64,000 nt of DNA, taken from assembly GCA_963422205.2 (NCBI GenBank), contig CAXMWX010000005.1, positions 640,001 to 704,000 on the forward strand. Direction: 5' to 3'. How positions within the stretch are numbered: the first letter of the stretch is position 1; each line of letters opens with the position of its first letter. Under the pieces are notes generated by a model that saw nothing but the letters and a program-made list of their open reading frames with translations, was not told the origin of the DNA and ran no database searches. Of the stretch, positions 21,601 through 33,450 are shown one piece after another. The position numbers and the translations under genes were made by a program. This stretch comes from Gammaproteobacteria bacterium (lineage in GTDB: Bacteria; Pseudomonadota; Gammaproteobacteria; Eutrophobiales; Eutrophobiaceae).

Positions 21601-24318
21601 TCATGTATTCAGCCTGCCGTGGCACTGTTTATATTTTTTCCCCGAACCACACGGACAACGCTCATTACGACCAATCTTCCGATCAGTTCTTATAAAGGTT
21701 TTATGCTGCGCTGCTTTGCTGTCAGTCTGTTCAGCGTCGGCGGGTGTATTAATGTCAGGATGCTGGAATTGCATATCGCCGGGTAAAGTGCGATTCTCCA
21801 GCACATCAATATCCCGCTCTTCCCTGATCTGTATTTTTGCCAGCAAGCCAGTCACATCGTTTTTGATGTTCTCCAGCATAACGGTAAACATCTCATAGGC
21901 TTCCCGTTTGTATTCCTGTTTCGGATTCTTCGCTGCATAGCCTCTCAAGCCAATGCCCTGGCGCAGATGATCCATACTGACCAGGTGTTCTTTCCAATGC
22001 CTGTCCAGTGTATCCAGCAGCAGATCTTTCTCCAGCCTTCTCACCAACTCATCAGACAGACCGCTGTTTCTTGCCAGAAAATGCGCTTCAACTTCTGCGG
22101 CAACTCTCCTCGCCAGGGTCTCCTCATACAGGCTCTTGTCATCTTCCAGCCACTTATCAAGCGGCAGGCTGATATCCAATTCATTATGCAGTGCCGCCAT
22201 CAGACCCGGCACATCCCAAAGCTCATCCAGACTGCCGGGCGGAATATAACTCCTGAAGATGGCATCCACCACATCCTGGCGCATGGTAATAATATCTGCT
22301 GAGATGTCATCGGTATTTAATAGCTCATTACGCCATTCGTAGATCACTTTCCTCTGATCGTTGGCAACATCATCATATTCGAGCAGGTTTTTACGAATAT
22401 CAAAATTGTGCGCTTCAACTTTTCGTTGTGCATTCTCAATCGCTCGGGTAACCAGATTGGACTCAATGGCCTCGCCCTGCTCCATGCCCAGCTTCTGCAT
22501 GATACCCGCCACCCTGTCGGAAGCAAAAATACGCATCAGGCTGTCATCAAGTGAAATATAAAAACGGCTTGAACCGGGGTCGCCCTGACGGCCGGAACGC
22601 CCTCTAAGCTGATTGTCTATACGCCTGGATTCGTGCCGTTCAGAGCCGATGATCCGCAAGCCACCACAGTCAATGACCCTGGCATGATGCTGCTGCCAGC
22701 TGTCTCTGATCTTATCCAGCTTTGCTGAATCAGCCGCAGCATGATTTTTCAATTCCGCTTCCAAGCTGCCACCCAAAACAATGTCGGTCCCCCGTCCGGC
22801 CATATTGGTAGCGATCGTCACACTGCCCGAACGCCCCGCCTGACTGATGATCTCTGCCTCTCTCTCATGATATTTTGCGTTCAAAACCTGATGTTTTATC
22901 TTGCTGTCCTTGAGCAGACCGGATAAATATTCAGAGACCTCAATCGAGGCAGTGCCCACCAGCACCGGCTGCCCTCGTTGCTGACAATCCTGGATATCTT
23001 CAATAATGGCATCGTATTTCTCTTTCGCCGTGAGAAAGATCATATCGGGCTGATCATCTCTAATCATCGGCATGTGTGTGGGTATGACGATAACTTCCAG
23101 GCTGTAGATTTGCTGAAATTCGTAGGCTTCGGTATCGGCGGTGCCGGTCATACCGGCAAGTTTGTTATAGAGCCTGAAATAATTCTGGTAGGTGATCGTC
23201 GCCAGGGTCTGATTCTCATTTTGTATTGGCACGCCTTCTTTTGCCTCTATCGCCTGATGCAAGCCATCCGACCAACGCCGGCCCGGCATTGTTCGACCGG
23301 TAAATTCATCGACAATCACTACCTGTTCATCCTGCACGATGTAATCCACATTTTTATGATACAGACCGTATGCACGCAATGCCGCATTCACATGATGCAA
23401 AATGGGAATATTGACTGGATCATACAAACCGTTACCTTCGGTCATGATTTGCTTCTCCAGCAATAATTTTTCCAGGCTGTCGTGACCACGCTCGGTAAGA
23501 TGGGCTTGTTTCGTTTTCTCATCAATGGTGTAGTCGCCAATCCTCTCCGCTTCATCCTCATCCTCAGATGCCTGTAGTTCCAGGCTCGGGATGAGTGCAT
23601 TTACACGGATATAAAGATCAGAGCGATCATCCACCATGCCCGAAATGATCAGCGGGGTTCGGGCCTCATCAATAAGTATGGAATCGACCTCATCGACGAT
23701 GGCATAATTCAACTCCCGCTGCACCTTGTCGTCACCACGAAACTTCATATTATCGCGTAGATAATCAAAGCCGAATTCATTGTTTGTGCCATAGGTAATA
23801 TCACAGCCATAGGAATTTTTCCTCTCCTCCTGACTCAAGCCGGAGACGATCACGCCCGTGGTCAAGCCTAATAACGCATAGATAGCGCCCATCCATTCGG
23901 CATCACGCCTTGCCAGATAATCGTTGACGGTGACGATATGTACGCCTTTACCGGTCAGGGCATTCAGACAGGCCGGCAATGTCGCCACCAGCGTCTTGCC
24001 CTCGCCGGTACGCATCTCGGCAATGCTGCCCTGATTGAGCACCATGCCGCCAACAAGCTGTACATCAAAATGACGCATGTCCAGCGTCCGCCGGCCGGCC
24101 TCACGTACCAGTGCGAATGTCTCAGGCAGCAGCTCGGCCAGGCTGGTACCTGCTTGATGGCGCTGCTTCAACTCGGCTGTTTTGTGAGGAAACTCATCAT
24201 CTCCCAGTGTCATGATGTCCTCTTCCAGCGCATTGATCTGCTTGACCACTTTAAGCAAACGCTTGATGACACGCTGATTCCGACTACCAATAATTTTGGT
24301 TACTAAATGACTTAACAT
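21601..24318 (-). CDS. secA: Preprotein translocase ATPase SecA
   Basis: [47 protein letters not shown]-terminal [17 protein letters not shown]. Confidence 0.98.
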   Translation of the reverse strand: MLSHLVTKIIGSRNQRVIKRLLKVVKQINALEEDIMTLGDDEFPHKTAELKQRHQAGTSLAELLPETFALVREAGRRTLDMRHFDVQLVGGMVLNQGSIAEMRTGEGKTLVATLPACLNALTGKGVHIVTVNDYLARRDAEWMGAIYALLGLTTGVIVSGLSQEERKNSYGCDITYGTNNEFGFDYLRDNMKFRGDDKVQRELNYAIVDEVDSILIDEARTPLIISGMVDDRSDLYIRVNALIPSLELQASEDEDEAERIGDYTIDEKTKQAHLTERGHDSLEKLLLEKQIMTEGNGLYDPVNIPILHHVNAALRAYGLYHKNVDYIVQDEQVVIVDEFTGRTMPGRRWSDGLHQAIEAKEGVPIQNENQTLATITYQNYFRLYNKLAGMTGTADTEAYEFQQIYSLEVIVIPTHMPMIRDDQPDMIFLTAKEKYDAIIEDIQDCQQRGQPVLVGTASIEVSEYLSGLLKDSKIKHQVLNAKYHEREAEIISQAGRSGSVTIATNMAGRGTDIVLGGSLEAELKNHAAADSAKLDKIRDSWQQHHARVIDCGGLRIIGSERHESRRIDNQLRGRSGRQGDPGSSRFYISLDDSLMRIFASDRVAGIMQKLGMEQGEAIESNLVTRAIENAQRKVEAHNFDIRKNLLEYDDVANDQRKVIYEWRNELLNTDDISADIITMRQDVVDAIFRSYIPPGSLDELWDVPGLMAALHNELDISLPLDKWLEDDKSLYEETLARRVAAEVEAHFLARNSGLSDELVRRLEKDLLLDTLDRHWKEHLVSMDHLRQGIGLRGYAAKNPKQEYKREAYEMFTVMLENIKNDVTGLLAKIQIREERDIDVLENRTLPGDMQFQHPDINTPADAEQTDSKAAQHKTFIRTDRKIGRNERCPCGSGKKYKQCHGRLNT

Positions 24319-24411
24319 AGGTTCCTCTTACACCAGAACAAACTTACAAGCAGCACACCAGCCCGGCGTGGTCAGGCTGGCAGAGACATCTGGGGAGATT
24401 TGTGAAATGAG

Positions 24412-25344
24412 CTACCGCAGGGACAGATACTGTTTCGGGTTAATGTGTTTTCCATTTTTCAACACCTCAAAGTGCAAATGGGTTCCTGTGGTTCGACCTG
24501 AGTCACCCATCAAGGCAATGACTTCTCCTTTATCCACCTTCTCACCGACTATGACGAGATTTTTAACATTGTGTGCATAACGGGTTGCCAGGCCGTTGCC
24601 ATGATTGATTTCCACCAGATTGCCGTAGCCATGTTGATCGCCAGACCAGGTGACAATCCCTGCCGCTACTGCAATGATCGGTGTGCCCGGCTTGCCGGCA
24701 TAGTCCACACCCTGGTGAAATTCCCGGTTGCCCGTCATCGGATCCGCCCGGTAACCATATAATGAAGATAACCACCCCTGCTCTGTGGGCACCCCGGCCG
24801 GCAGGGTGCGCTCCTGCAAATTTCTGTCAATCAGCATCGACTCCATCGCCAGCAATTTATCCTGCCGGTTCAGCAGCGATTCCTCCAGATGGCTCAACGA
24901 CTTGATAAAATCGGAAATCTGCCGGGATGAGGCAACAACGGGTGCTTCAGGCCCGCCCATGCCCGGCGGGTTTTCGATGGCAAAATCGATCTCCTCAAGA
25001 TCAGCCATAACCGCCAGGCGAGCACCCAAGGCATCAAGCCGCATGACATGACCCTGCAGCAAACTCAGGCGACCCGCCATTGCGCTGAGTGATTTTTCAG
25101 CCCGTTGTTTTATCGTCCTTAGACTGCTCAATTCCTGCGTCAACTCGGCCTGCCAAACCGCCTGTGTCTGCGTGCGTGTGGTGCGTACCATATCCGCCGT
25201 CTCTTCGCTGGCATGTCTGTACCCTGACTGATACACCATAAAAATGGCACAGCAAAAGAAGCTGAACAAGCCGATGCAAACCATCGGGTGCAGAGTGACG
25301 GTCAGCCGCTTCTTTCTTTTCTGTGAAAGGAATATGATATTCAT
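24412..25344 (-). CDS. M23-family metallopeptidase
   Basis: N-terminal TM and coiled coil, HQGVD (HxxxD), TRYAHN, TGTHLHFEV (HxH); usual position upstream of secA. Confidence 0.9.
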   Translation of the reverse strand: MNIIFLSQKRKKRLTVTLHPMVCIGLFSFFCCAIFMVYQSGYRHASEETADMVRTTRTQTQAVWQAELTQELSSLRTIKQRAEKSLSAMAGRLSLLQGHVMRLDALGARLAVMADLEEIDFAIENPPGMGGPEAPVVASSRQISDFIKSLSHLEESLLNRQDKLLAMESMLIDRNLQERTLPAGVPTEQGWLSSLYGYRADPMTGNREFHQGVDYAGKPGTPIIAVAAGIVTWSGDQHGYGNLVEINHGNGLATRYAHNVKNLVIVGEKVDKGEVIALMGDSGRTTGTHLHFEVLKNGKHINPKQYLSLR

Positions 25345-25376
25345 TCGATCAAAAATTATTATTTGTTTTTATTGTA

Positions 25377-25829
25377 ATGTATAAAAAAGTCGCTGATCTA
25401 CTCGCCAGTGACAGGCAACTGGCAGACATACACAAACACATAAGCAAGTTATCTGCCTTGCAAAATCGACTCCGCCAGGAACTCAAGCCGCCTGTAAATC
25501 AACATGTTATTGTAGCGAACTTTGATGCCAAAACACTACTAATTCATACCGATAGTGCAAACTGGGCAGCAAAATTGCGATTTATGATCCCGGAACTACT
25601 AGATATTGTGAAAAACCACTGTGAAGTGCCTACAATTAGTACCATCCGCATTAAAATTGTTATCCCTAAAACGACACAACATGCCGCAAATCACGCCATG
25701 CAGGACTTATCAAAGGAAAATGCGGCGTATTTGCAGACACTGGCAGCCACCACAGACGATGCAAGGCTGGCAAAGGTACTGATCAGACTGGCCCAACACA
25801 ATCCGCCACAAAAAGACACGGGCAAGTGA
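25377..25829 (+). CDS. dciA: DUF721 / DciA-family helicase-loader-like protein
   Basis: LLIHTDSANWAAKLRF..PELL motif; C-terminal DARLAKVLIRLA; sits between the M23 gene and lpxC. Confidence 0.75.
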   Translation: MYKKVADLLASDRQLADIHKHISKLSALQNRLRQELKPPVNQHVIVANFDAKTLLIHTDSANWAAKLRFMIPELLDIVKNHCEVPTISTIRIKIVIPKTTQHAANHAMQDLSKENAAYLQTLAATTDDARLAKVLIRLAQHNPPQKDTGK

Positions 25830-25838
25830 GGCCGGGGC

Positions 25839-26756
25839 TTAGGCCAGGGCAGGGGCTACCGGCTGTGCAAATGTGATGGGCAGGGCGTGTTCATCCTCAA
25901 CAGTGAATATTTCATAGGCATCGGTGTCAGCGATTAACTGCCTTAACAACACATTATTCAACGCATGGCCTGAACGGTGGCCGTGGAATGCACCGATGAT
26001 GCTATGGCCAAGCAGATACAGATCACCGATAGCATCCAGAATTTTGTGCTTAACGCACTCATCCCGATAACGCAGACCGTCCTGATTGAGAATGCGGTAG
26101 TGATCAACAACAATGGCATTGTCCAGGCTGCCGCCGAGGGCAAGGCCTTTCTCTCGCAGTAATTCCACATCTTTCATAAAACCAAAGGTTCTGGCCCGGC
26201 TGATCTCTTTGATAAAAGAGGTGGTGGAGAAATCGATCGTTGCGGTGCAGTCCTCTGCCTGAAATGCGGGATGGTCAAAATCAATGGTAAAGGTCACCTT
26301 AAACCCATCAAAAGGCTCAAACCCCACCCATTTATCCCCCTGTTCCACACGCACCGGCCGTTTAATTCGGATGAATTTTTTTAACTCAGACTGTGGCTGA
26401 ACCCCAGCCGACTGGAGGAGAAAGATAAACGGGCCGGCACTGCCGTCCATGATCGGCACTTCCTCGGCGGTCAGATCAATATAGGCGTTATCGATCCCAA
26501 AACCGGCCAATGCAGCCAGCAGATGTTCAACTGTGGACACCCTGACATCAGCATTTGCCAGGGTTGTGGAAAGCCGGGTATCACTGACGTTCTCGCAATG
26601 TGCCGGTATTTCAACCGCGGGGCATAGGTCCGTTCGCCGAAATACGATGCCCGTGTTGACCGGGGCAGGTCGTAATGTGAGATAGATTTTTTTGCCGGTA
26701 TGCAGGCCCACGCCCGTGGCACGTATTACGTTCTTGAGTGTACGCTGTCTTATCAT
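25839..26756 (-). CDS. lpxC: UDP-3-O-acyl-GlcNAc deacetylase
   Basis: [51 protein letters not shown]. Confidence 0.97.
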   Translation of the reverse strand: MIRQRTLKNVIRATGVGLHTGKKIYLTLRPAPVNTGIVFRRTDLCPAVEIPAHCENVSDTRLSTTLANADVRVSTVEHLLAALAGFGIDNAYIDLTAEEVPIMDGSAGPFIFLLQSAGVQPQSELKKFIRIKRPVRVEQGDKWVGFEPFDGFKVTFTIDFDHPAFQAEDCTATIDFSTTSFIKEISRARTFGFMKDVELLREKGLALGGSLDNAIVVDHYRILNQDGLRYRDECVKHKILDAIGDLYLLGHSIIGAFHGHRSGHALNNVLLRQLIADTDAYEIFTVEDEHALPITFAQPVAPALA

Positions 26757-26824
26757 GTTATCCGCCACTTCCAACGGCCATTGTTAACCATTCTTAACAA
26801 CACCCCATTAACTGATGGGTGATC

Positions 26825-26853
26825 GTTTTACGGATAAATGGCGTGGCTGTCAA
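26825..26853 (-). promoter_or_regulatory. Putative sigma70 promoter for lpxC
   Basis: Minus strand TTGACA-17 bp-TAAAAC in the ftsZ-lpxC spacer; weak -10. Confidence 0.4.
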
Positions 26854-26903
26854 GCAATAGTTCAGGTCATCGACTGCCCCCTGCATCGGGCTGATGATCG
26901 CAT

Positions 26904-28043
26904 CTAATCGGCCTGGCGGCGCAGGAAGGCCGGTATATCCAGATAATCAGGATCTGCCTTGGCAGAACTCGCCTCTGAATTGGCCTTTTTCTTTCGCAGC
27001 ACGGTCGGGTCATCCAGTTTCTTATAATCGACCTGGCCGCCTGTTTGCTGCATCGGCTGTATTCTCGACAAGTTCTCAGCAGGGCCCGCCTGCCCAAGAC
27101 CTGTGGCAACAATGGTGACCCGCATCTCGCCGCTGATATCCGGATCGATCACCGTACCCAGCACCACGGTGGCATCCTCAGAAGCAAAGCCCTTGATGAT
27201 GTCACCCACTTCACTAAAATCCCTCATCGAAAGATCCATGCCGGCAGTGATGTTCACCAGTATGCCCTTGGCGCCGGATAAATTAATATCCTCAAGCAAG
27301 GGACTGGAAATCGCCGCCTCAGCCGAGACCCGTGCACGATCTTCCCCCTGTGCCTTGCCAGAGCCCATCATCGCCATGCCCATCTCCGACATCACGGTTC
27401 TGACATCAGCAAAGTCAACATTGATCAGGCCCGGGCAGGTGATGAGCTGGGCAATGCCCTGCACTGCCCCAAGCAGGACATCATTCGCCGCACTAAAGGC
27501 ATTGATCAGACTGATGTCCTCACCTAACACAGACTTCAGCTTCTCATTAGGGATCGTGATCAGCGAATCCACAAACTGACTTAACTCGGCGATGCCATCA
27601 TCAGCCTTCTGTGCCCTCACCCTGCCTTCAAAGGCAAATGGCTTGGTCACGACCGCCACTGTCAGGATCCCCATCTCTCTGGCCACCTGTGCAACCACAG
27701 GTGCAGCACCCGTGCCAGTACCCCCCCCCATGCCGGCCGTGATAAACACCATATCAGAGCCTTCCAGAACATCGGTGATACGATCCCGATCTTCCAGGGC
27801 CGATTGACGCCCGATCTCCGGGTCCGTACCAGCACCCAGGCCCTTGGTGATGTTACTGCCTAATTGCAAAATGGTTTTTGCGGTTAATTTCTTCAGCGCC
27901 ATCACATCGGTATTGGCACAAATAAAATCAACCTCCTCTATCTCGGAATTAAGCATGTGCTGAACGGCATTACCGCCGCCACCGCCTACGCCTATTACCT
28001 TTATGGTTGCAGTTTGATTGGCTGCATCTACAAGTTCAAACAT
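26904..28043 (-). CDS. ftsZ: Cell division GTPase FtsZ
   Basis: [24 protein letters not shown]-terminal [13 protein letters not shown]. Confidence 0.98.
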   Translation of the reverse strand: MFELVDAANQTATIKVIGVGGGGGNAVQHMLNSEIEEVDFICANTDVMALKKLTAKTILQLGSNITKGLGAGTDPEIGRQSALEDRDRITDVLEGSDMVFITAGMGGGTGTGAAPVVAQVAREMGILTVAVVTKPFAFEGRVRAQKADDGIAELSQFVDSLITIPNEKLKSVLGEDISLINAFSAANDVLLGAVQGIAQLITCPGLINVDFADVRTVMSEMGMAMMGSGKAQGEDRARVSAEAAISSPLLEDINLSGAKGILVNITAGMDLSMRDFSEVGDIIKGFASEDATVVLGTVIDPDISGEMRVTIVATGLGQAGPAENLSRIQPMQQTGGQVDYKKLDDPTVLRKKKANSEASSAKADPDYLDIPAFLRRQAD

Positions 28044-28091
28044 GCTTGGTACCTCCTGCCTGATTAAAAGTTAATATGTTAAAAATTACCC

Positions 28092-29327
28092 CTAAAAATT
28101 ACCTTGAAACCAACTCTTCAGTCGCTCCCAGATATCGCTTGTGGCAGTGCCGGGATGCAAACTCACCGCCGCATCCTGGAACTGCCTGTGTCCAAATAAC
28201 AATAACCCGACACCAGTGGAATAGATCGGATTCTTAACCACATCAGATAAACCGCTCACGCCTTGCGGCACACCAATTCTTACCGGTATATGAAAAATTT
28301 CCTCCGCCAGCTCTATCACGCCTTCCATCTTTGAACTGCCACCGGTCAGAACAATGCCGGCGGCGATCAGGCTTTCATAACCACTGCGGCGAAGCTCTGC
28401 CTGCACCAGGGTAAACAGCTCCTCATACCGAGGCTCAACCACCTCCGCCAGAGTTTGCCTTGCCAGTCTTCTTGCCGGACGGTCGCCCACACTGGGCACT
28501 TCTATGGTCTCCTCGGCATTGGCAAGCTGCGTTAAGGCACAGGCATATTGCACTTTAATATCCTCGGCATGTTGTGTGGGGGTACGTAAGGCAACTGCGA
28601 TATCATTGGTGACTTGATCACCGGCGATAGGTATGACGGCGGTATGGCTGATCGCCCCATCGGTGAAGATGGCGATATCTGTCGTGCCACCACCGATGTC
28701 AACCAGGCATACGCCCAAATCCTTCTCATCATCTGTCAACACCGAATAGCTTGACGCCAGCTGTTCCAGAATAATGTCATCCACCTCCAGCCCGCAGCGC
28801 CTGACGCACTTGATAATATTTTGTGCGGCACTGACGGCACCGGTGACCATGTGAACCTTTGCCTCCAGCCTGACGCCCGACATACCGACCGGTTCTTTGA
28901 TCCCTTCCTGGGAGTCGATCACAAATTCCTGCGGCAGAATATGCAGAATTTTCTGATCGGCAGGAATGGCAACTGCCCGGGCCGCATCTATCACCCGATC
29001 AACATCACCAACGCTGACCTCATTATCACGAATGGCAACAATGCCATGTGAGTTCAGACTGCGAATATGGCTGCCTGCTATGCCTGCATATACGCCATGT
29101 ATCTCACACCCCGACATTAATTCCGCCTCTTCAATTGCTCTTTGTATCGTCTGCACAGTCGACTCAATATTAACCACGACCCCTTTCTTTAAGCCTCTTG
29201 AACAGCTGGAGCCTATTCCAATGATCTCCACCTCGCTCTCAGGCGACATCTCACCAACGATTGCCACGACCTTTGATGTGCCAATATCCAAACCAACGAT
29301 CAGGTTTTTATCCATGCGTTTGACCAT
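28092..29327 (-). CDS. ftsA: Cell division protein FtsA
   Basis: Start moved to MVKRMDK; GLDIGTSK, VDIGGGTTD, VLTGG, C-terminal amphipathic WERLKSWFQGNF. Confidence 0.96.
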   Translation of the reverse strand: MVKRMDKNLIVGLDIGTSKVVAIVGEMSPESEVEIIGIGSSCSRGLKKGVVVNIESTVQTIQRAIEEAELMSGCEIHGVYAGIAGSHIRSLNSHGIVAIRDNEVSVGDVDRVIDAARAVAIPADQKILHILPQEFVIDSQEGIKEPVGMSGVRLEAKVHMVTGAVSAAQNIIKCVRRCGLEVDDIILEQLASSYSVLTDDEKDLGVCLVDIGGGTTDIAIFTDGAISHTAVIPIAGDQVTNDIAVALRTPTQHAEDIKVQYACALTQLANAEETIEVPSVGDRPARRLARQTLAEVVEPRYEELFTLVQAELRRSGYESLIAAGIVLTGGSSKMEGVIELAEEIFHIPVRIGVPQGVSGLSDVVKNPIYSTGVGLLLFGHRQFQDAAVSLHPGTATSDIWERLKSWFQGNF

Positions 29328-29331
29328 CTTG

Positions 29332-30108
29332 CTATTCCCGGCCCGCCAGTTCATCAACGGCGTTTGGCTGCACAGAAAATCCATTGGGATAACGCATATC
29401 GATCGCACTGACAGCAGCCCGATTGATGTTTATCTGTGCTGGAACGTACCGCAAAAACCGCGCTATTCTGCCCTCGATATTCTCATTGCCTATTTTTAAT
29501 ACCGTGCCGTTGTGCAGTGTAAATGATAGCGATCGACGGGCATCCATAGCCAACTGGATGACCTGCATCTTATGAGCGCGCAGCCTGTCGTTCAGGTAAT
29601 TCAGCAGGGCGAGCAGTTCCAGATGGGTTCCCTTCGGGCCGGACAGTGCTGGTAAACCGGCGGGGATAGAGCTGGCTTCAGGTGCAAACAACACACCGGC
29701 TTCATTGATCAGCTGGTGGCTGTTCCAGGTGCTGACAGGGGATTGCTCATCCACATAAAGCACCAGCGTATCCGGCCATGAACGCCTCACGGTGACGGAA
29801 CGTACCCACGGCTCTTTGAGTAGCGTCTCTTTGATGATGCTCACATTCACATTGAAAAAACCGCCGCTGACGATACGTGCAGACAGTGTTTTTAACTTTT
29901 CCGGTTTTAAGTGTAAAAATTGCCCTTCTATCTTTACATGTTGTATCGGTAAAATATTCGGTTGCAGGAGTTTGAACCATAGGGCAGCCAGGGCGAGCAG
30001 CAAGACGATGGCAACGGACAGACTCAACAGGTATTTGCCATGCGGCCTGTCATTTTCATGCACAGCCATATCGCCTGTATTGTGTATTGCCATATAAGGC
30101 ATGTTCAT
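29332..30108 (-). CDS. ftsQ: Cell division protein FtsQ
   Basis: Single TM, POTRA (PWVRSVTVRRSWPD), DMRYPNGFSV. Confidence 0.92.
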   Translation of the reverse strand: MNMPYMAIHNTGDMAVHENDRPHGKYLLSLSVAIVLLLALAALWFKLLQPNILPIQHVKIEGQFLHLKPEKLKTLSARIVSGGFFNVNVSIIKETLLKEPWVRSVTVRRSWPDTLVLYVDEQSPVSTWNSHQLINEAGVLFAPEASSIPAGLPALSGPKGTHLELLALLNYLNDRLRAHKMQVIQLAMDARRSLSFTLHNGTVLKIGNENIEGRIARFLRYVPAQININRAAVSAIDMRYPNGFSVQPNAVDELAGRE

Positions 30109-31079
30109 AAGGCCTTCTCTCTGGGCTTGGCATTATCTGCCTCATTTATCAGGCTTGTCTTTAGTATCCGAAGCACCAGATCATTGAAATCAATCCCGGC
30201 CTGCCTGGCAGCTAAGGGGACAAGGCTGTGGCTGGTCATGCCGGGGATGGTATTCACTTCGATCAAAAAAGGTGTACCATCTTCGGCCAGCATCAGATCG
30301 ACACGCCCCCAACCACTCGCATTCACCAACTGAAATGCCTGCAATGCAAGCCCGGCGAGATCAGTTTCCTGCTGTTGTGTCAAACCACATGGACAAAGAT
30401 AAGCGGTATCCTCATCCAAATATTTTGCTTCATAATTATAAAAATCACGCCGGGTCTGCAATTTTATCGCCGGCAATGCCTGCCCCTGTAACAGGCCGAT
30501 GGTATACTCAGCACCGCCTATCCACTCCTCACACATCACCCTGTCATCCAGCCGACTGGCCTTTATCCATGCCGGTTCAAGCGATGCGGCACTCTCAACA
30601 CGTGAGATGCCACAGCTTGACCCTTCATTAACCGGCTTCACCATCAGGGGAAATGTCAGGCTGTTGATAACCTCGTTTAAATCCTCCGGCCGGCTTGTCT
30701 CCATAAAAGCAGGCGTTGACAAACCCTGTGCTGACCATATCCACTTGCAACGCACCTTATCCATGGCCAGTGCTGAGCCTAAAACCCGGCTGCCTGTATA
30801 GGGGATGTTGATAGATTCCAGTGCGCCCTGGATCACCCCATCCTCTCCGCCACGACCATGCAGGGCGATGAATGCGCGCTCAAAACCATCGCCGGGCAGA
30901 TCCAGCACAGAATAGGATTTTGTATCCAGCAAATGGGCATCTATGCCGGTTTGTATCAAGGCGGCATGCACTGCACTGCCGGTCTCAATGGAGATCTCCC
31001 TTTCTGCCGAAACACCGCCATACAACACGGCGACTTTGCCGTACATCTCAGGGGTTAAATTGGGTTGCTGTTTATTCAT
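30105..31079 (-). CDS. ddl: D-alanine--D-alanine ligase
   Basis: GGVSAEREIS, LHGRGGEDG, EGSS, FYNYEAKY, EVNTIPGMT. Confidence 0.96.
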   Translation of the reverse strand: MNKQQPNLTPEMYGKVAVLYGGVSAEREISIETGSAVHAALIQTGIDAHLLDTKSYSVLDLPGDGFERAFIALHGRGGEDGVIQGALESINIPYTGSRVLGSALAMDKVRCKWIWSAQGLSTPAFMETSRPEDLNEVINSLTFPLMVKPVNEGSSCGISRVESAASLEPAWIKASRLDDRVMCEEWIGGAEYTIGLLQGQALPAIKLQTRRDFYNYEAKYLDEDTAYLCPCGLTQQQETDLAGLALQAFQLVNASGWGRVDLMLAEDGTPFLIEVNTIPGMTSHSLVPLAARQAGIDFNDLVLRILKTSLINEADNAKPREKAL

Positions 31080-32032
31080 CAGCGGTCAGCATGAGGTGTT
31101 ATCGCCTCACCTGTCACCTTGACTTCAGGGATCAAGGCGATATTGAACCGCTGGTTGACAACGGCCTGGACATGCCCCATCAGTTGCTCTATATCTGCCG
31201 CCGATGCCTGCCCTGTGTTAATAATAAAATTGGCATGTTTGTCAGAAACACAGGCACCGCCCATGCAGTGACCTTTCAGACCACAGGCTTCAATCAGCCG
31301 GGCCGCATGATCGCCCGGCGGATTCTTAAAGACAGAGCCACAGCTGCGCCAGCCAAGCGGCTGGGTCCTGGCGCGTTGTTTTAACAAGCTCCGAAGACGT
31401 TGTTTTATGGCGGTACTGTCATCATGCACCAACTGGATGTACGCCCCGATAAACCAGTTATCCGGCGGCAGTTCTATATGGCGATAACCCGGCTTAAACA
31501 ATTCGGCTTGTTCAAGCCGGACAGCCCCCTGCCGATCAATCACCTCCACCTGTTTGACTATCTGCCAGGTCTCGGCACCAAAGGCACCGGCATTCATCGC
31601 CAGCGCACCGCCGATGGTGCCGGGGATCCCGGCCATAAACTCTGCCCCCCCCAGGCCCCAGGCCGAGGTCTTGCGCGCAAGTTTGGCACAAGGTATCGCT
31701 GCACTGACGTATACCTCGGCCCTCTCTCTGCGCTGAATACGGTGCGCCATATCACCCAGGCTGATCACCGTGCCACGGATGCCGCCATCACGTATCAGCA
31801 GATTGCTGCCAAGGCCAATCCAGAGCAGCGCCTCGTCATCGGGCAATGTCTGCAAAAAATCAACCAGGGCCTGTTTATCAGCAGGGGCAAAAAACCGGTC
31901 GGCATTCCCGCCAACGCGCCATGAAGTATGGTTCGACATCGGCTCGTTTAACAACACCCCGGCATGTTTATTCATTTGCTGATACTTAACTGGCATAGCC
32001 TCAACGGGCCTGCATGTGTTTGCATGGCTCAT
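31079..32032 (-). CDS. murB: UDP-N-acetylenolpyruvoylglucosamine reductase (start uncertain)
   Basis: GLGSNLL, GIPGTIGGAL.MNAGA, GSVFKNP, HANFIIN, LIPEV. Confidence 0.94.
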   Translation of the reverse strand: MSHANTCRPVEAMPVKYQQMNKHAGVLLNEPMSNHTSWRVGGNADRFFAPADKQALVDFLQTLPDDEALLWIGLGSNLLIRDGGIRGTVISLGDMAHRIQRRERAEVYVSAAIPCAKLARKTSAWGLGGAEFMAGIPGTIGGALAMNAGAFGAETWQIVKQVEVIDRQGAVRLEQAELFKPGYRHIELPPDNWFIGAYIQLVHDDSTAIKQRLRSLLKQRARTQPLGWRSCGSVFKNPPGDHAARLIEACGLKGHCMGGACVSDKHANFIINTGQASAADIEQLMGHVQAVVNQRFNIALIPEVKVTGEAITPHADR

Positions 32033-32034
32033 TC

Positions 32035-33450
32035 TCAATTAACTGCCGTCCCGTATTGCTGATAGAGATGCGGGCCTAACTGACCAATGTCGCCAGCACC
32101 GAGTATGAGTAACATGTCTCCCTCGTTGATGACATGGGCAATCATGGCGGCCACATCATCCTGTGCTGTTACATATATCGGATGAACGCCACCCTTCACA
32201 CCGATAGCACGGCACAAGGTGCGGCTGTCCACGCCGGTGATGGGTTGCTCGCCTGCCGGATAGATATCCAACACAAGTAACACCTCAACCACGGCCAGCA
32301 CCTGACAGAATTCCTCAAACAGATCTCTGGTGCGGGTATATCGGTGCGGCTGGAATACAACCACGATGCGCTTAGCTGGCCAGCCCGCAGCAACCGCCTG
32401 ATAGACAGCACGAATTTCAGTCGGGTGATGGGCATAGTCATCTATCACCTGCACGGTTTTACCCGACAAACAGACACTGCCCAGCAGGCTTGAACGCCGG
32501 TCAATGCCGGCAAATCGGGCCAGCCCGGCGGTAATGTGCTCAAGGCTTACCCCCAGCTCGGCGGCCACAGCACAGGCTGCTAGGGCATTCGACACATTAT
32601 GTCGACCGGGCATATTCAAACGCATGTCCATTGCCTGCCTGATCTTGTTGCCCGCCAGTTCAAACCGGGTTTCTGATGCGCTGAACTGCATATTTCTGGC
32701 GATATAATCTGCCTGCGAATCGATGCCGTAAGTGACAACCGGTTTATGAATGTCGGCCAGGATGTCCTGCACACCCGCATCATCCAGACAGACAACAGCC
32801 AGGCCATAAAAAGGCAGCCGATAGAGAAACTCGGTAAAGCCTTGCTTTAAGTTATCGTAACTCGCCTGATAGTTTTCCAGATGATCTGCATCAATGTTGG
32901 TGATGACCGCATACACAGGGCAGAGATGCAGAAAAGAGCCATCGCTTTCATCTGCCTCTGCCACCAGATAACGGCCAGCACCCAGCCGGGCATTGCTGCC
33001 CGTGCTATTGAGCCGCCCGCCGATAACATAGGTTGGATCCAGCCCGCCCTCTGCCAACAGGCTGGCGATTAAACTGGTCGTTGTCGTCTTGCCATGCGTG
33101 CCGGCGATGGCGATGCCCTGCCTGAAACGCATCAGCTCAGAGAGCATTTCTGCCCGTGGCACAACCGGTATTTTTTTATTGCGGGCGGCGAGTATTTCAG
33201 TATTATCCTCAGCAACAGCCGCCGAATAGACAACAACATCACTGCCATTGACGTGTGCCTCGCTATGCCTGTGATGAATGCGTATGCCCATAGCGTCAAG
33301 GTGTTGCGTGATGGCAGTTATTTTCAGATCCGTGCCGGACACCTCATAACCCAGGTTATGCAATACTTCGGCAATGCCACACATGCCCGCACCACCGATC
33401 CCCACAAAATGGATATGATTAACACGCTGCATATCATTAGTCGCCCTCAT
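32035..33450 (-). CDS. murC: UDP-N-acetylmuramate--L-alanine ligase
   Basis: HFVGIGGAGM, GTHGKTTTT, EADESD, DDYAHHPTE, FQPHRYTR; start chosen at the ATGA overlap with murG. Confidence 0.96.
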   Translation of the reverse strand: MRATNDMQRVNHIHFVGIGGAGMCGIAEVLHNLGYEVSGTDLKITAITQHLDAMGIRIHHRHSEAHVNGSDVVVYSAAVAEDNTEILAARNKKIPVVPRAEMLSELMRFRQGIAIAGTHGKTTTTSLIASLLAEGGLDPTYVIGGRLNSTGSNARLGAGRYLVAEADESDGSFLHLCPVYAVITNIDADHLENYQASYDNLKQGFTEFLYRLPFYGLAVVCLDDAGVQDILADIHKPVVTYGIDSQADYIARNMQFSASETRFELAGNKIRQAMDMRLNMPGRHNVSNALAACAVAAELGVSLEHITAGLARFAGIDRRSSLLGSVCLSGKTVQVIDDYAHHPTEIRAVYQAVAAGWPAKRIVVVFQPHRYTRTRDLFEEFCQVLAVVEVLLVLDIYPAGEQPITGVDSRTLCRAIGVKGGVHPIYVTAQDDVAAMIAHVINEGDMLLILGAGDIGQLGPHLYQQYGTAVN